Shown here in pieces: positions 1 through 11,981 of a DNA stretch of 64,000 bases (the first letter of the stretch is position 1; each line of letters opens with the position of its first letter). A program made the translations under genes and the position numbers. The stretch is from Lophium mytilinum (taxonomy: Eukaryota), in the NCBI GenBank assembly GCA_010093605.1, contig MU004200.1:186001-250000 (forward strand), written 5' to 3'. The notes under the pieces were generated by a model. It had not been told where the DNA came from, did no database searches, and saw only the letters and a list, made by a program, of their open reading frames with translations.

Positions 1-147
1 TACGGTATCTGGGAGCCGATGGTGATCAAAGAGCAGAGCATCAAGACGGCCGTGGAGAGCGCGTGTATGCTGCTGCGGGTGGATGATATTGTGGCGGCCA
101 AGGCGGCGAAGCAGGCGAGTGGGCCGATTGGGCAGCCTGAGGAGTAG
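1..147 (+). CDS. CCT3: 3' end of chaperonin CCT/TRiC subunit, most like gamma (partial)
   Basis: Frame 1 reads YGIWEPMVIKEQSIKTAVESACMLLRVDDIVAAK..., stop TAG at 145-147; typical TCP-1 C-terminal motif, and WEP..K.QSIKTA.ESAC.LLRVDDI fits the gamma subunit. Confidence 0.85.
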   Translation, partial: YGIWEPMVIKEQSIKTAVESACMLLRVDDIVAAKAAKQASGPIGQPEE

Positions 148-596
148 AGTGTGGATAGGTAGGAGGTCGGATGCTGCACCTGGTCAGAAGTACCGTGCGT
201 TGGTCTGGTAGAAGCTAAAAGCTTGTATACTATGCCCCCAAGTAAATGAAATCAAAACGATCAGATAACATGAAACTGCGTCCATGTGAGATGCAGTGCG
301 ACATTCAATAGGCTGAATTCAGGCGCTATATCAGATGGAAACGTCAGCTCTACATATCAGCAAGCCAGAAAGCACCCCAGGTCGCTCAATTCGAGTTGTA
401 TCAATGTCTCTTCTGATCAGCCTACCGAATGCATATTTAGGTCTCTCAGTCTTTCTATCTACCGTGCCAGTACCTGTAGACACCAACGCCAAACCCCCTT
501 TATCAGTCTAGCTTATCATTACGTCGTCACTCATAACGTGAGATAGTTGGCCCAGCCATCCATCTCCAACGTACTTAACGTCTCAAGCCCGCCCTC

Positions 597-2609
597 TCAA
601 TACACCTCCCCAAACCCACACCTTTCAGCCTCCTTCAGCCTCTCCACCTCATCAGCTCTCACCTTCCCCTCCCTCACCCGCTCATCCAACCCCTCTCCAT
701 CCTCCTCTTCCTCCCCATCCCCCTCTTCCCCTTCCTCAACCTCCATACACCCCTTCAACGCCTCCTCCAAAATCGGCTTCTCCCGCTCCCTCTCCTTCCC
801 CGCCGCCGCCTCCAAATCATCACTCACCTCATCCCCATCCCCCAACGCATCCGCCCTCGCCCCACTCCCCATCCCACTCGCTGCGACCCACTCCGCCTCA
901 CTCATCCGCCTCGTCGCCGCCTTCCGCTCCCGGCTCTGCGTGCTATCCTTCTCCCGCTGCCGCGAGCTCGCCCGGAACCGATTCCCCTGCTTCCCCCCCC
1001 CTGCCCCCTCCGTCTTCGCCTTCGCCGCCCCGTGCGCGTGCCCGTGATGCGCCCCCTGGTGGTGGTGTAGCTGGTGGTGCTGGTGCATGTTCGGGAAGTA
1101 GTCGCTGTCATCCGACAGCCCGCCCGCTCCTGCGGCCTCCCCCGGGGTGCCCGTGCCAGAGCGCGAGCCGCCGAAGTCGCGGCCCGGGTGCAAGTGGCGT
1201 AGGATGGAGGGGTCGCGGGGCGCGGGCGGGTAGCGGGTTAGTGGGATGGTGGTGGCGGCGTCTTCCTGCTCGGAGGTGTTGGGGCTGCCGTCGGAGGAGG
1301 AGAGGGGGTCGGCGGAGGCCGACGCTGAGGCGTCGTTGGGGGACATTGGCATTGGCGGGAGGAGGGCCGAGGTGGGTTTGGCGGAGGTGGAGGTCGTGGT
1401 GTTGCTGGTTTTGCGAGGAGTTTTGGAGGGGGTGGGTTCGGCGATGGTGGGCGGGGAGGGATCTTTTTCTTGATGAGAGATTTTCGAGGGTGACGTGGTG
1501 TGAGTGTGGGGATCGTCGTTGGTTTTCGGGGTCGTGGTAGGGAGGGCAGGGGCTGGGAGGGCGCTACCGGTTGCAAAGTCGGCGGTGTTTTGACGCCTTG
1601 CGCGGCGAGGGAAGACGACTTGAGAGTGGTTGCAGCCGTCTGCACAGCCGCCCCAGCGACGGACGGGGATGACTGGGGAGGACGAGTAAGGAGGTGGTGG
1701 GGGCCCTTTGGAGGAGGTTAAAGAGCCGGTGCTGGCGGAGTGCTTCTCGAGAGAGGCGGCGCGGCGTTTGAGTTCAGACCAGGTGCGTAGCTCGTTTTGG
1801 AGGATGTAGCGGCCGTTGGACTGATTTTGCTTCATGACGATGAACTCGCAATGGTTGACATTTCGAAGGTCTTCAAAGTATTCGACCGACCAATGATACC
1901 TGGGAAGCGTGAGTGATGTGAAGGAAAGGTTCCAGGGCAAGCAGAGTCCTACCATTTCATCAAGAAGACTCTTGTCATAAGCCCATGCGTGACCAGCACG
2001 CATACGCTTGGAAAGTCCTCTTCTCCAAACAACCGCCACATACTCTCGTTGAAGCCACTGACGCGGTCATATGCATCGGCAGCACTCTCGCCGCTGGGGA
2101 TGCGGTAGAAGAAATGGCCGTAGTCCGCCCGCTCTTGCCACATCCTCTCCATCTCTGCAGAACATGGCTGGAAGTTCCCAAAGTCCTGCTCGCGGAGTCG
2201 AGGCTCTTCGAACACTTTGATCTTGTGGCGGGGGAATGGCGATGGAGTGGGGTCGTCTGAGGTCAAAGACTTGAGGATGCCTTCGGTGGTCTCGCGAGTA
2301 CGTCGGTAGGGCGAGGTAAAGAACTGGAGGGTGTCGTCGGGCTTGAGCATTGAACGGAGGCGGCGTCCTGCTTCTTCAGCCTGTGGCGGGGTGGTTAGAT
2401 ACAGCTGTTCGGGCGAAGGGTGCGGCTCGCGTACCTGGTTCTGCCCATCTGCTGTGAGTTTCACGCGGTGGTCGGGGATGAACTGGTGTATGTCGCGGTT
2501 CTTGTTGCCTTCTGACTGGGCGTGCCGCACGAGGATTATCATCTGCATCTGAGCATTAGCTGCTGGTGGCCGTGCATGAGGCGGAGGCACTTGCTCGTGG
2601 TTTTCCCAT
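597..2609 (-). CDS. Histidine phosphatase / phosphoglycerate mutase family protein (Det1-like) with long low-complexity C-terminus
   Basis: Spliced MGKPR|MIILVRHAQSEGN..., TSPYRRTRET, LREQDFGNFQ, LVTHGL. Introns ~2543-2594 (GC-AG), ~2382-2434 and ~1901-1952 join ORFs 1949..2590 and 597..2039. Confidence 0.9.
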
Positions 2610-3001
2610 ATTTGTGACGTATTTACAGAACGATTAAGGTGGCAATCTATAGGTATTTGGACAGTCTATGAGAAAATGTGGAGAGTGGCAACCGGGGTAT
2701 ATTTGTTGTTTGTTGCATGTCGATGGCGAGATGCGACGGGTGTAGAGGATATAATGCCAAGCGGTGAATGCCTCCTCCACCTTGACTATCGGAGTCCTGA
2801 CATCAACCTCACTCCAGCTCTTCCCGCTCGCCAGAACTGCCAGGCCTCTTTGCTTGCTCGCACCTACATTGTGCACATGTAACCATCTCGGTCTATATCT
2901 CTTTCATCCTGTCTTTCCTTTCCCATACCCTCCCTCGGCTTCGGCCACGGATACTTCACAGACACCTCCGATGCAGACCCGGTAACAATGCGCTGGGCCG
3001 G

Positions 3002-4540
3002 GTGGCCTTCTTCCAGTCTACAACTCGACGTCCAGCATGGTGGGCGCAGGATGCTTTGGGCGAGAAAAAAGCAGATGAGATAAAGGAGGGCGAAAGGTAT
3101 GGCCAAGATTCCGTCTCATCTCGGTGCAGAGTTAACATCTCCAGCGTGAGCGACATAGACGACCTAGAACCTTTCCAACCACTTCGAGACGTCGCAGACT
3201 TCTACCGTAGCGAGGAAGTCTTTGACCGACGGATTCATATCATCGGCATAGGCAATGTAGGCCGCTTCATTGCCCACTCGATCCGCGGCGTCCCCAGCCC
3301 TCCACCCGTCACTCTCATATTCCATCGCGCGTTGTACAACCAACAATGGCTAGTATCGGACCAGAAGCTCAGAGTGATCACAAACGGCGTCGAAGAGACC
3401 ATACATGGATTCAACGCCGAAGTAGCCTTTCCCCGCCCACGTCACCACGGCCGTGAAATTGCAGTCGACGGCTCGGACAGCTTCAACTCATCTGACCCAT
3501 TTGCCTCTGAGCAGAGCACCGGCCCCACGGTTCTCGAGGGCGAATCTACAAAGCCCATTCACTCTCTCATCGTCTGCAGCAAATCATCTACGGTAGTCTC
3601 AGCCCTCCTGTCGATCCGCCATCGCTTGCTCCCCTCGTCCGTGATCCTCTTCCTCCAAAATGGCATGGGCACAGTCGATGAAGTAAATGAGATTGTGTTC
3701 CCCGACGCTGCCACTCGGCCACACTACATGATAGGGATAAACTCACATGGCCTCAATAACGCCCACGTTAATAAGCCGTTTACCACGAACCACGCAGGCT
3801 TTGGCACTATCGCCCTGGGCATCCTTCCACACGCCCGCGACAGTCCAGACGCTACGAAACACTACCCACTTGCTCCAGTCACCCGTTTCAATCCTGGTGT
3901 CGACGAGATAAACCCGGTAGAATCGAAACGCCCCGCCGACCCCGACCCAGATAATCCTCAACCTTACTCTTCCAGCTGGCCCAAAACGGCGCGCCACCTG
4001 CTTCGCACACTTCTTCGCACACCTGTACTTTGTGCCACTGCCTTCTCTCCACAGGATGTCCTTCAACTGCAGCTCGAGAAACTAGCTGTCAACTCGGTCA
4101 TCAACCCCCTCACCGTCCTCCTCGATGCCCGCAACGGCGCCATTCTGTATAATTACGCCCTCACGCGCGTGATGCGCCTCCTCCTCGCCGAAGCTTCCCT
4201 CGTCATTCGTTCCCTCCCTGAGCTCAGCCATGTGCCCAATGTCGAGCAGCGCTTCGGGGCCGGGCGACTGGAGACGCTGGTCGTGGGCGTGGCGAATGCG
4301 ACGAGGGAGAATGTGAGCAGTATGTTAGCGGATGCGCGAGCGGGCAGGCGGACAGAGATTGACTACATGAACGGGTGGATTGTGAAGAGGGGCGAGCTCT
4401 TGGGGGTGAGCTGCGTGACGAACTTTATGATTCAGGAACTAGTGAAGGGGAAGACGAGGATGATATCACATGAGCTCGGGGACAACGTGCCTTTTGTCGG
4501 GGTGCATGGTGTCGATGATGGGACAGGAGAGAACCACTGA
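3002..4540 (+). CDS. Ketopantoate (2-dehydropantoate) reductase family protein, PanE/ApbA (Pan5/Cbs2-like); 5' start unresolved
   Basis: IHIIGIGNVG Rossmann motif, FLQNGMG, EKLAVNSVINPLT, NVSSMLAD...TEIDYMNG. No in-frame ATG upstream of the Rossmann motif (see findings). Confidence 0.88.
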   Translation: MAFFQSTTRRPAWWAQDALGEKKADEIKEGERYGQDSVSSRCRVNISSVSDIDDLEPFQPLRDVADFYRSEEVFDRRIHIIGIGNVGRFIAHSIRGVPSPPPVTLIFHRALYNQQWLVSDQKLRVITNGVEETIHGFNAEVAFPRPRHHGREIAVDGSDSFNSSDPFASEQSTGPTVLEGESTKPIHSLIVCSKSSTVVSALLSIRHRLLPSSVILFLQNGMGTVDEVNEIVFPDAATRPHYMIGINSHGLNNAHVNKPFTTNHAGFGTIALGILPHARDSPDATKHYPLAPVTRFNPGVDEINPVESKRPADPDPDNPQPYSSSWPKTARHLLRTLLRTPVLCATAFSPQDVLQLQLEKLAVNSVINPLTVLLDARNGAILYNYALTRVMRLLLAEASLVIRSLPELSHVPNVEQRFGAGRLETLVVGVANATRENVSSMLADARAGRRTEIDYMNGWIVKRGELLGVSCVTNFMIQELVKGKTRMISHELGDNVPFVGVHGVDDGTGENH

Positions 4541-4709
4541 CTCCAGTTCACGAGCCGTTGTGTCTATCACATAGTATGACCAAAAATTCTCAATTGCAAC
4601 CCAATCCACTCCAGCTTTTCGTTGAGACCCGAGTATGAGTGATATCCCAAATCCCCCAATGCCAAAAACGCCTAACAGATGCACCCCTTTCCTCCCTTTT
4701 CCCACTCCC

Positions 4710-5250
4710 TTACACTCCCTCCAGCAAATCGTCCAGATCATCACTATCCCACCCGCCCCCGCCGCCCTTGCGCGTAATCGTAATCTTGGCCGCCTGCTCC
4801 TCCTGCTGCTCCGCAACGCTCGCCAGCAGGTCCTTCAGCTGCTCTTCCGTCACTTTCGTACGCAGCTGTCCGCTGCGCGCCAGCGTGATTAAGTGGTTCT
4901 CGACGGCCGTAGCGCGCGATTCTTTGACTAGGCGGATGCGGCCGAGGCGGTCGGCGGCGTCGGGGGTGAGGACTTGGGAGAGGAGGGAGGAGCGGGCTTC
5001 GGCTTCGCGTTGACTGTGAGAGGGTGGGGGTTAGATTGAGGTAGAGGATGAGGTAGAGGGGGGTGTATTGGGGGGTGGAGGGTACCGTTTCGCGTCTTCT
5101 TGTGAGCCTTCTCCTCCCCCGCCAGGGCTGCCTTGCTGTTGGCGGAGCTGTTGGAGGCGCGCGCGCCGGATCTGGGGCGCGTTAGTGATGTGAGGTGGGG
5201 AGGTGAGGGTTAGGGGGTGGATATACCTCTTCGAGGTCGGCGTCGGCCAT
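4710..5250 (-). CDS. PDCD5/Sdd2-like dsDNA-binding protein
   Basis: Three exons give MADADLEE|IRRARLQQL...|QREAEARSSLLSQVLTPDAADRLGRIRLVKESRA...KVTEEQLKDLL...DDLDDLLEGV*. Absent from the ORF track because of splicing. Confidence 0.92.
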
Positions 5251-5833
5251 TGTGAGTGCTGTTGACAGCTCGAGAAAATGTCACGATGCGGGTTTGGTGG
5301 TGAGGTGGGGCGAGCAGCTAGCGTGGGGCAGCTTAATCAGGGCGGGCTCGTCGAAAATATAGTGGCAGCTAGTTCTGTCTTTGTTTGAGGTGCCCCCGAA
5401 GAGCTATCGAGCTCGTCAAATCGCCTTTTCTAGGTTCACAATGAAGTACCAGCGGGTTTCGAGCAGTACTAGGCAATCTTACATTACCCCAGAGTTGGCT
5501 TTTATCTGAAATACCGGAAGTTTTGGAATACAATTGAAGATTCCACGATTGCCACTTTTTGTTCAACGGAACATTTAGTCGTACCATGCTATTATGGTGC
5601 TAGTGTATTCTCTCGACATCACTTCGATGTTTGCATGATGAGACCTCAACGACGACGATAATAATCTTGTTGGCATTGTTCTTTCGCGGGGATTTGGTTG
5701 CGTGGTTACTCTATACTGTATTAGTTGCTCTATGCCCTCAGCATAGCTAATTCCTCTTTTGCTCATACGCAAACACGTTTGCCACCTACATACACCACTC
5801 GAAGAATAGTCAGAGGCAATGCATACGCCTATC

Positions 5834-7852
5834 ATGGCCATGCCCTTAGGGTGGGCGGCCAGTATGATGGCAATGACTCTCTCTGCATACGCTTTGGGCT
5901 CTCATATGTCACCTGAGATACAAGCACCGTTGGGAGTGGAGCCGTCCGAATGGAGCAAGCTAACTGCCACTTCAGAGCAGAAAGGTAAGGGAGTTTGGTT
6001 TCTATCATTTTTCAACTAGTCTACCGTCATCTACGCACTTTCTTGTCCAATTCTCTCATGCATCCCTTTCCCACTTCATCCCTCTCTCCCGTTCTCGCTG
6101 AATTCTCTTTCAGCTGCACCATACAATACCTTCGACGGCGAAGGCTTCCCAGCTTGCAATGCTGTATCCGCAGTATACGAACCCAGCAGTGTAGACGAAA
6201 TGGTCCAGATCGTCCAACAAGCTGTGAAATCCAATACCCCAGTCCGCGCTTCCGGAAAGGGCCATATGTGGTACGACACCATGTGCACGGACGATCCCAA
6301 AACCACCATCATCCGCACCGAGAACGTCAATGACATTTACGACTTTGACCTCGAAGCAGGCTCGGTCATGATAGAAGCTGGCGTTACGTTCTTCCAGCTC
6401 GCCGAGTACCTTCACGCTCGCGGAGCGTCGGTTGGCTACGCCCTCGTAAACTGGAATATCACTCTTGCTGGCTCCGTGGCAATGGGGGCACATCGATCTT
6501 CCTTGAGGGAAGACTCGATGGTCGCCGCTGGGGCTTTAGAAATTCACATCATTGATGGGTCTGGGAGTTTGAGGAAGGTGGTTCGAGACGAGACTGATGA
6601 TGAGTGGCTTGCTGCTTCGACGTCGTTGGGCCTTTTGGGTCCGATTGCGAGAATGAAGTTCAGGATCTTTCCTGACTTCAAGGTTTATGCTAAGCAGGAA
6701 ACGTAAGTCTACTTTGTCTGATATAGCAACGCCCTGCTAATGCTACTTTGATTAGTCTAGACGAGGATGAGGTACTCGATGGCGATATCTACGGACTTAT
6801 TAGTCCTTATGCTACTGCAAACTTCTGGGTGAGTCTCAAACTTCCTTGATGGGTCTCCTGACAGGCACTCATCTGTGTTCCGAAGCTAATGTCGCTCTGT
6901 AGTGGTGGCCCTATCTCCGCAAATTCCACTACCGCTACTATGACCCTGTTCCAACGAACACCTCTGACCAAGAGGGTTTCCAGTCCACCTTCTCCCTCAC
7001 GCGAACAGAAGCCAACACTGCCCTCTCTCTCCTGAACTCTGGCAAGTACTTTGCGTCCTCCAACCGAGTAAGTGACATCAATCACTCAACCATATCTACT
7101 TCGAAAACTAAACCCACCCCCTCCAGGCAATCGAACGCCTTTTCTTCACCCTCTGGAACCCCCCAAACTTCCACGATAAGATCACCGACAAGGCCATCAT
7201 GACCTGGCCCGTCTACGGCTGGAACTACGACGTCCTCATCGGCGGCCTCTATCCCGGTTACGGCACCGAATGGGACTTCGGGCTGCGCGGCTACACGCTC
7301 GAGCTCGCATTCCCCGTCACACAAGCCAACGCTGTGCTCAAGCGCGTACGACAAGCCTTCGACGACGAAGCCGCCAAGGGCATCGTGATGACAAGCACGT
7401 ACCGCAGCGGCATCAACATCAAGTTCGGCAAAGCGTACTTCGACTTCCTGGGCCAGGTGACGTATAATACGAGCGATGGGGCGGATTGGAGTAAGGGGGC
7501 GATGATGTTTGATTTTCCGAGTTTCAAGCCGAGTGTAGGGGATGGGTTAAGGTTTAATGAGCCGTTTTGTGAGTTCTCTCTCTTCCCCCCTATAGTGATA
7601 TTGGGCTTTCTTCGGTTTAGTTCAGAATTAGCTAACCAAAATGCTTTGGGATTAGATCATGCGTTGGCGAAGACACTCATTGATGAGTTCCCCTGTCGCC
7701 CGCATTGGACCAAGAACACGAGAGATGTATTCCGCCTGGGGGTGAAGCATCTGGACCCCGGGTATTTGAAGCGATTCAAGGCGGTGAGGGAGAGGTTCGA
7801 TCCTAAGGGGTTGTTTATGAGTGTTGTCGGGCAGATTATTGGGGTGTCGTGA
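5834..7852 (+). CDS. Secreted FAD-linked oxidase, L-gulonolactone / D-arabinono-1,4-lactone oxidase-like
   Basis: Hydrophobic N-terminus; intron 5985-6113 restores frame to APYNTFDG. FAD_binding_4 motifs VRASGKGH, ITLAGSVAMGAH, SLGLLG; C-terminal RPHWTKN and RFDPKGLF. Several GT-AG introns. Confidence 0.88.
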
Positions 7853-8504
7853 AAGAAAAGGTTTTGCTGTGCGTCTGTAGCGGTTTGATATGCTCGATAT
7901 GATGGCCCCTTATCAAGTATTACTGATGTATACATATTCGTAGTGTCTTTAAGCTGGTCCCTGGTGATGGCATCTTATGCAGTCATCTAAGCGCTGCATG
8001 TAGGTCTTGCTGCCACGTTGTGCTACAGTAAATTTAGAATACGCCGAAGCAGCGTAGACTCAGCTCATAGCAATAGCACTCTTGTACTATCTTGCCAAGC
8101 TAGGCATGGAAAAAGGTGGCACTGCGCATTTTTGTACTCCTGTCTGCCGCTGTTTGTGGTCCTTCAATACGTCTTTCAAAGATAAGATTAAGACAGTAGC
8201 TCTTAGCTCTGGGTTATATGGAAACTTATTGAGGTACTTCAAACGGTGGCAGACATGCGCATGCACTGCCGCATGAGACAGAAAACTTGCTTGGAGTGCC
8301 ACCTTTTATATGCCAGCTTACTTGCCAGGCTTCCTTCTAAGCGCAAAGTTGCTCGACGACGCGATTCCTCGAAGTGCCATCTCCTCTCACATAAAGGGGA
8401 ACGAAGAAGCCACATTTGTTGACGTGGCCGAGGGTTCAAGGAAGAACGAGACTGGATTTGAAAAGATCAAACTCTACGATAAACCAGTGCCAACAGATGG
8501 CTTG

Positions 8505-10741
8505 CTATACAAGGAAAACATCTTCTGTAAGAATAGGTATTGGATCGAAGCCTTTTTCTAAAAGCCATAAAGCCTGCTGTCTGCCAGGAGTCTGTGGTGG
8601 TTGCCAATCTAGGCTGAGTATATAGCCATCCTTGATAAGCTCTTCAAAGTGATCTTCGAAGTATGTTAAAGCCTCGGTTTCGCCTCTTTGAAAAGTAAGC
8701 CATCGAGGAGATCGACAAGCATTCCGTTCTTTGACTTTTTGCTCGGACCAGAGTAATGGCCAGAACTCATCAAGGCTGCTGCTCCCTGGATAATTACAGA
8801 GCGATGGTCTTCTACCTGGATGCAATCCTTCGCCATACATTAGGCCGTGCACGTAACAGCATCCAACGAAGCGGTAACAGCCTTCCGTAGGTCGTAAGGC
8901 GACAGGGCAATCAAATCCAAGTAGCAGGTGGATCTCATCGCCAACCTGCATGCTTCTGGGGCCATACCCTATGAATCCTTTGGAGCCGCGGAACATCTGG
9001 GCGGTAGAATCTCTTTCGTAGAACTCATCACCGAGAATATCAAGCTGATCTTCGAATGTATGCACACTTTCTTCTGCTACTTCGTTGGAGGTGACGCTGG
9101 TACTCAAATCGAAGAAGGCCGCACGCGCAGCATGGTCTGTGTTGGCCCACTCCTCGCGCATCATGGTTTGCTTGACGGCTAGACCCATAGGCTGCATAGT
9201 GGGCAGATAGACCTCTAGATCACGAGGCGGTTGAAAAAACTCTTCGGGGAAGTTCTCGTCGTAACAAGTCAAAGCGCTAATGCACTCTTGCCTTATGCTG
9301 CTGACCCTCAGTCTCGTTGAATCCAAGATGTTGCCACTAAAGAAAAGGTGGTGAGGGGATCCCCTTGTAGCTTGTTGAAACCAAGCAGAGGGGGTCCCTT
9401 TCGGCCATTCCGTAAACCTCCAGTCGGGTACCCAACTGGGTAGTTTGTTCAGAGTGGGTGTAGTAATTGCACACCATAGAAACTCAAGAGAGTGGGTGCT
9501 TTGTAGGAGGTAGTGGGCGGTCTTCAGATATAGGTCTTCGACTGGTTTTTGATAGTCAGGGCGAATGAATGCGCTGGCGGATTTAGAGCCTGAGCCTACC
9601 ACCCCGTGGTTTAAATCATCGGCGAGCCCCAGTAAAGCCACGACTTTATCCCGAGGGCCGCTACACTTGGAGATCTTCCGGGATGATAGTAGACCCCGGA
9701 AAGAGACGCCACCGTGCATCGAACTGAAAGCGACTGACTGCTGGGAGAATACCAGATATTCAGTCAATTCAAGACCCTGCTGGTTAGGCTGATACAAATC
9801 ATGGCGACCTCTGACCGATAAGAGTTCGCCCATGACTATCCAGGGGAGGCTGCAGGGTCCACATATCAGCTCGGCGTCCTGGGCCAACATGAGTTCTTGA
9901 TATGTCCACGTGCGTTCGAACCAACTTCTGTACGTTATCTTTCTGGTGGCAGCAGCGCACCATTGTGTTATCCCCCATTCCATACCATCATTGCCAAAGC
10001 GATCGAGGTGATGATCCATGTTTTTCTTGGGAATCCGATTTTCAAACTCTTTACTCAGCCGAAGCCTATCTTCGTCGTCGGGGATAAGGTAGCCACCTGT
10101 TGTCCCGTAGACACGCTTTGCATAGTCAAACCCAAGCGCAGTGTATTCACCTCTTGACCTAGCCAAATGAGAACTTTACGAGCCCCCTTGAAGATATCTC
10201 CCATCATCAGGACATGTGCATTTCGCTCTTCAAGATCAGTTTGATTTATGCAGATCTGATCGGCCCACAAAGTTCTTGCCTCTTGACCAGGAACAGGACG
10301 AAGTCGCTCGAGTGCATCGTAAAGGTTCGGTCCGATGCTCAGCAGACCGGAATTCTTGCCGCTCAGCCACAAGCTCCGTGGAGGTTCTTGACAGCCCCAA
10401 ACATAGGATAAGGCCTCATAGTCCAGCCTTTCGTTGTTCTCAGTCCAATTTGCAGACATACGGCGTTGATGGACGGTGAGCAGCTCGTTGTCCAAGGACT
10501 CATGTTGGGAGGGTTTGCCTTCGGATGTTTCATCTTCGGAGAGTTCATCTTCACTTCCACCTCTTTCTGGGGACCAGGCACGAGATCCTATATTATTGCC
10601 GTATATTCTTGGAGGCGAAAATTCAGAATTTTTGATAAAACATCGTAAATCTGCGCCCGGTAATCCTGGAAGGGGGCTCAGAATACGGATTTCATTCTCC
10701 TTCAGGGGTTCGTAAGCATAACGAACAGCTTCCCCGCTCAT
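8505..10741 (-). pseudogene. HET-domain (HET-6-like) heterokaryon incompatibility protein, frameshifted near 10150 (pseudogene or assembly indel)
   Basis: ORF 10055..10774 carries YEALSYVWG, LWADQICINQ, V..MGDIF..A.KV.IWLG. ORF 8505..10166 continues with WFERTWTYQE, PRDKV.ALLGL, PDY, LPSWVPDW and Y.FVG.CYVHGLM.GE in another frame. Confidence 0.85.
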
Positions 10742-11639
10742 GACTATACAGTGACAGGCCACAAGCCTGGGCACACTGGTACGCCACTGCTTGGAGTTAC
10801 CCCATAGGGTTTCGAATACTCAAGGGCGATGTCAAGCTTCAAGCAGTGCAGATCAGATTGCCTTTTGACTAATTTCCTCTTGACTAATTGCTTGCTCAGC
10901 AGTCATGCTATCCCCAACAGTGGTGTTGAGTAGGCAAGTTGGAGCCGAGCCCGTGTGCCCAAACTTGTGGCCTAGGACTGTATGCTGATATCGAATTGTA
11001 TACGAGTTCTAAAGGGAATCGCTCTCGCATAAGAGATTCGAACTTAGGCGCCAGTGCCAAAAGCTTTTTTCCAGGAGTGCAGTCCGTTTTGTTTTGCGAA
11101 CGTAGGATAGACCTTGAAAGTATCTCGCTTGTGTTCTTCCTGAAGCTTTCAGAGTCGTCGAATGTATCTTGCGGCCAGACTGAAAGTTTAGCCAGTGAGT
11201 AGGCCTCCAGCGTAAGCTCGCACGGTGAACTGGACACAAAAAGACTACTAAAAGAGCTATCAGATCCTGAGTACTTTAGGTGAGGCTAGGCATCCTGATG
11301 CTAGATATGCGCTTGTAAGGAGGGACTGATTTTATGAGTATGTACATTAGATCTGTTACGTGTGGTGTTCAGACCTTTTTGAAAGATGGACGACAACTAT
11401 ATTTCTTCGATGATGAGTATTGAGGAATCAAGGTTAACATTCGTAGCTGTAGTGGTTGTCTGCTCATAGATGAAGTAGAGGGGGACTGGTGCAGATATTG
11501 TATTGCCTGTTGACCGGTGAAGGTAGACTTAGCCCCCGCCTCCGCCTCCGCCACTTCGCTAAACTCGGCTATTTGCTTTCCGGCTACCTTCACTTGTATA
11601 CAGATCTAGCTGCTGCCCATTATACATAGATTCAAGTTA

Positions 11640-11900
11640 TAGCAGTTGCAACTTCTTCTGAAGTTGTAGCAGCTAAAGGGCAGTTGCCAAATCGAAAGCT
11701 TAGAGTCTCCTATAGTTTTACCGTATAAAAATTAAAGCTTAAGCTTAAGTAGTATAGTACTATCTTAGTTCTTCTATATATTACAAGGTCTTGAGTAAAG
11801 TCAAATCAGTAATATATGATTTAGAGAAGTTATACAGTAATGATTTAGTCAATTCATAATTACAGAGGTCTCAAGCTAAGTTAGAGCTAGTAATCTACGT
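11640..11900. other. AT-rich, TpA-rich degenerate segment (probable RIP-mutated repeat relic)
   Basis: Abrupt GC drop, many TA/TAG/TAA (e.g. AAAGCTTAAGCTTAAGTAGTATAGTACTATCTTAG), no ORF. Confidence 0.5.
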
Positions 11901-11981
11901 GTTTCGAAGACGAAGGCACGCAGTATATCCCCAGGATAACGATCAGCATTACCTCTTAGTACACATAAGTAAAAGGCCCCT

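Noticed and set aside
547..1721. Numerous Pro/Ser/Arg-rich ORFs overlapping the histidine phosphatase tail (likewise over GH92, COQ4, MET3, MET16)
   Set aside because: Shadow or antisense frames of GC-rich genes; no independent motifs.
8082..8561. Plus-strand ORFs with a vague methyltransferase-like FVDVAEG segment
   Set aside because: Lacks the GxG core, fragmented, overlaps the HET 3' end; not supportable.
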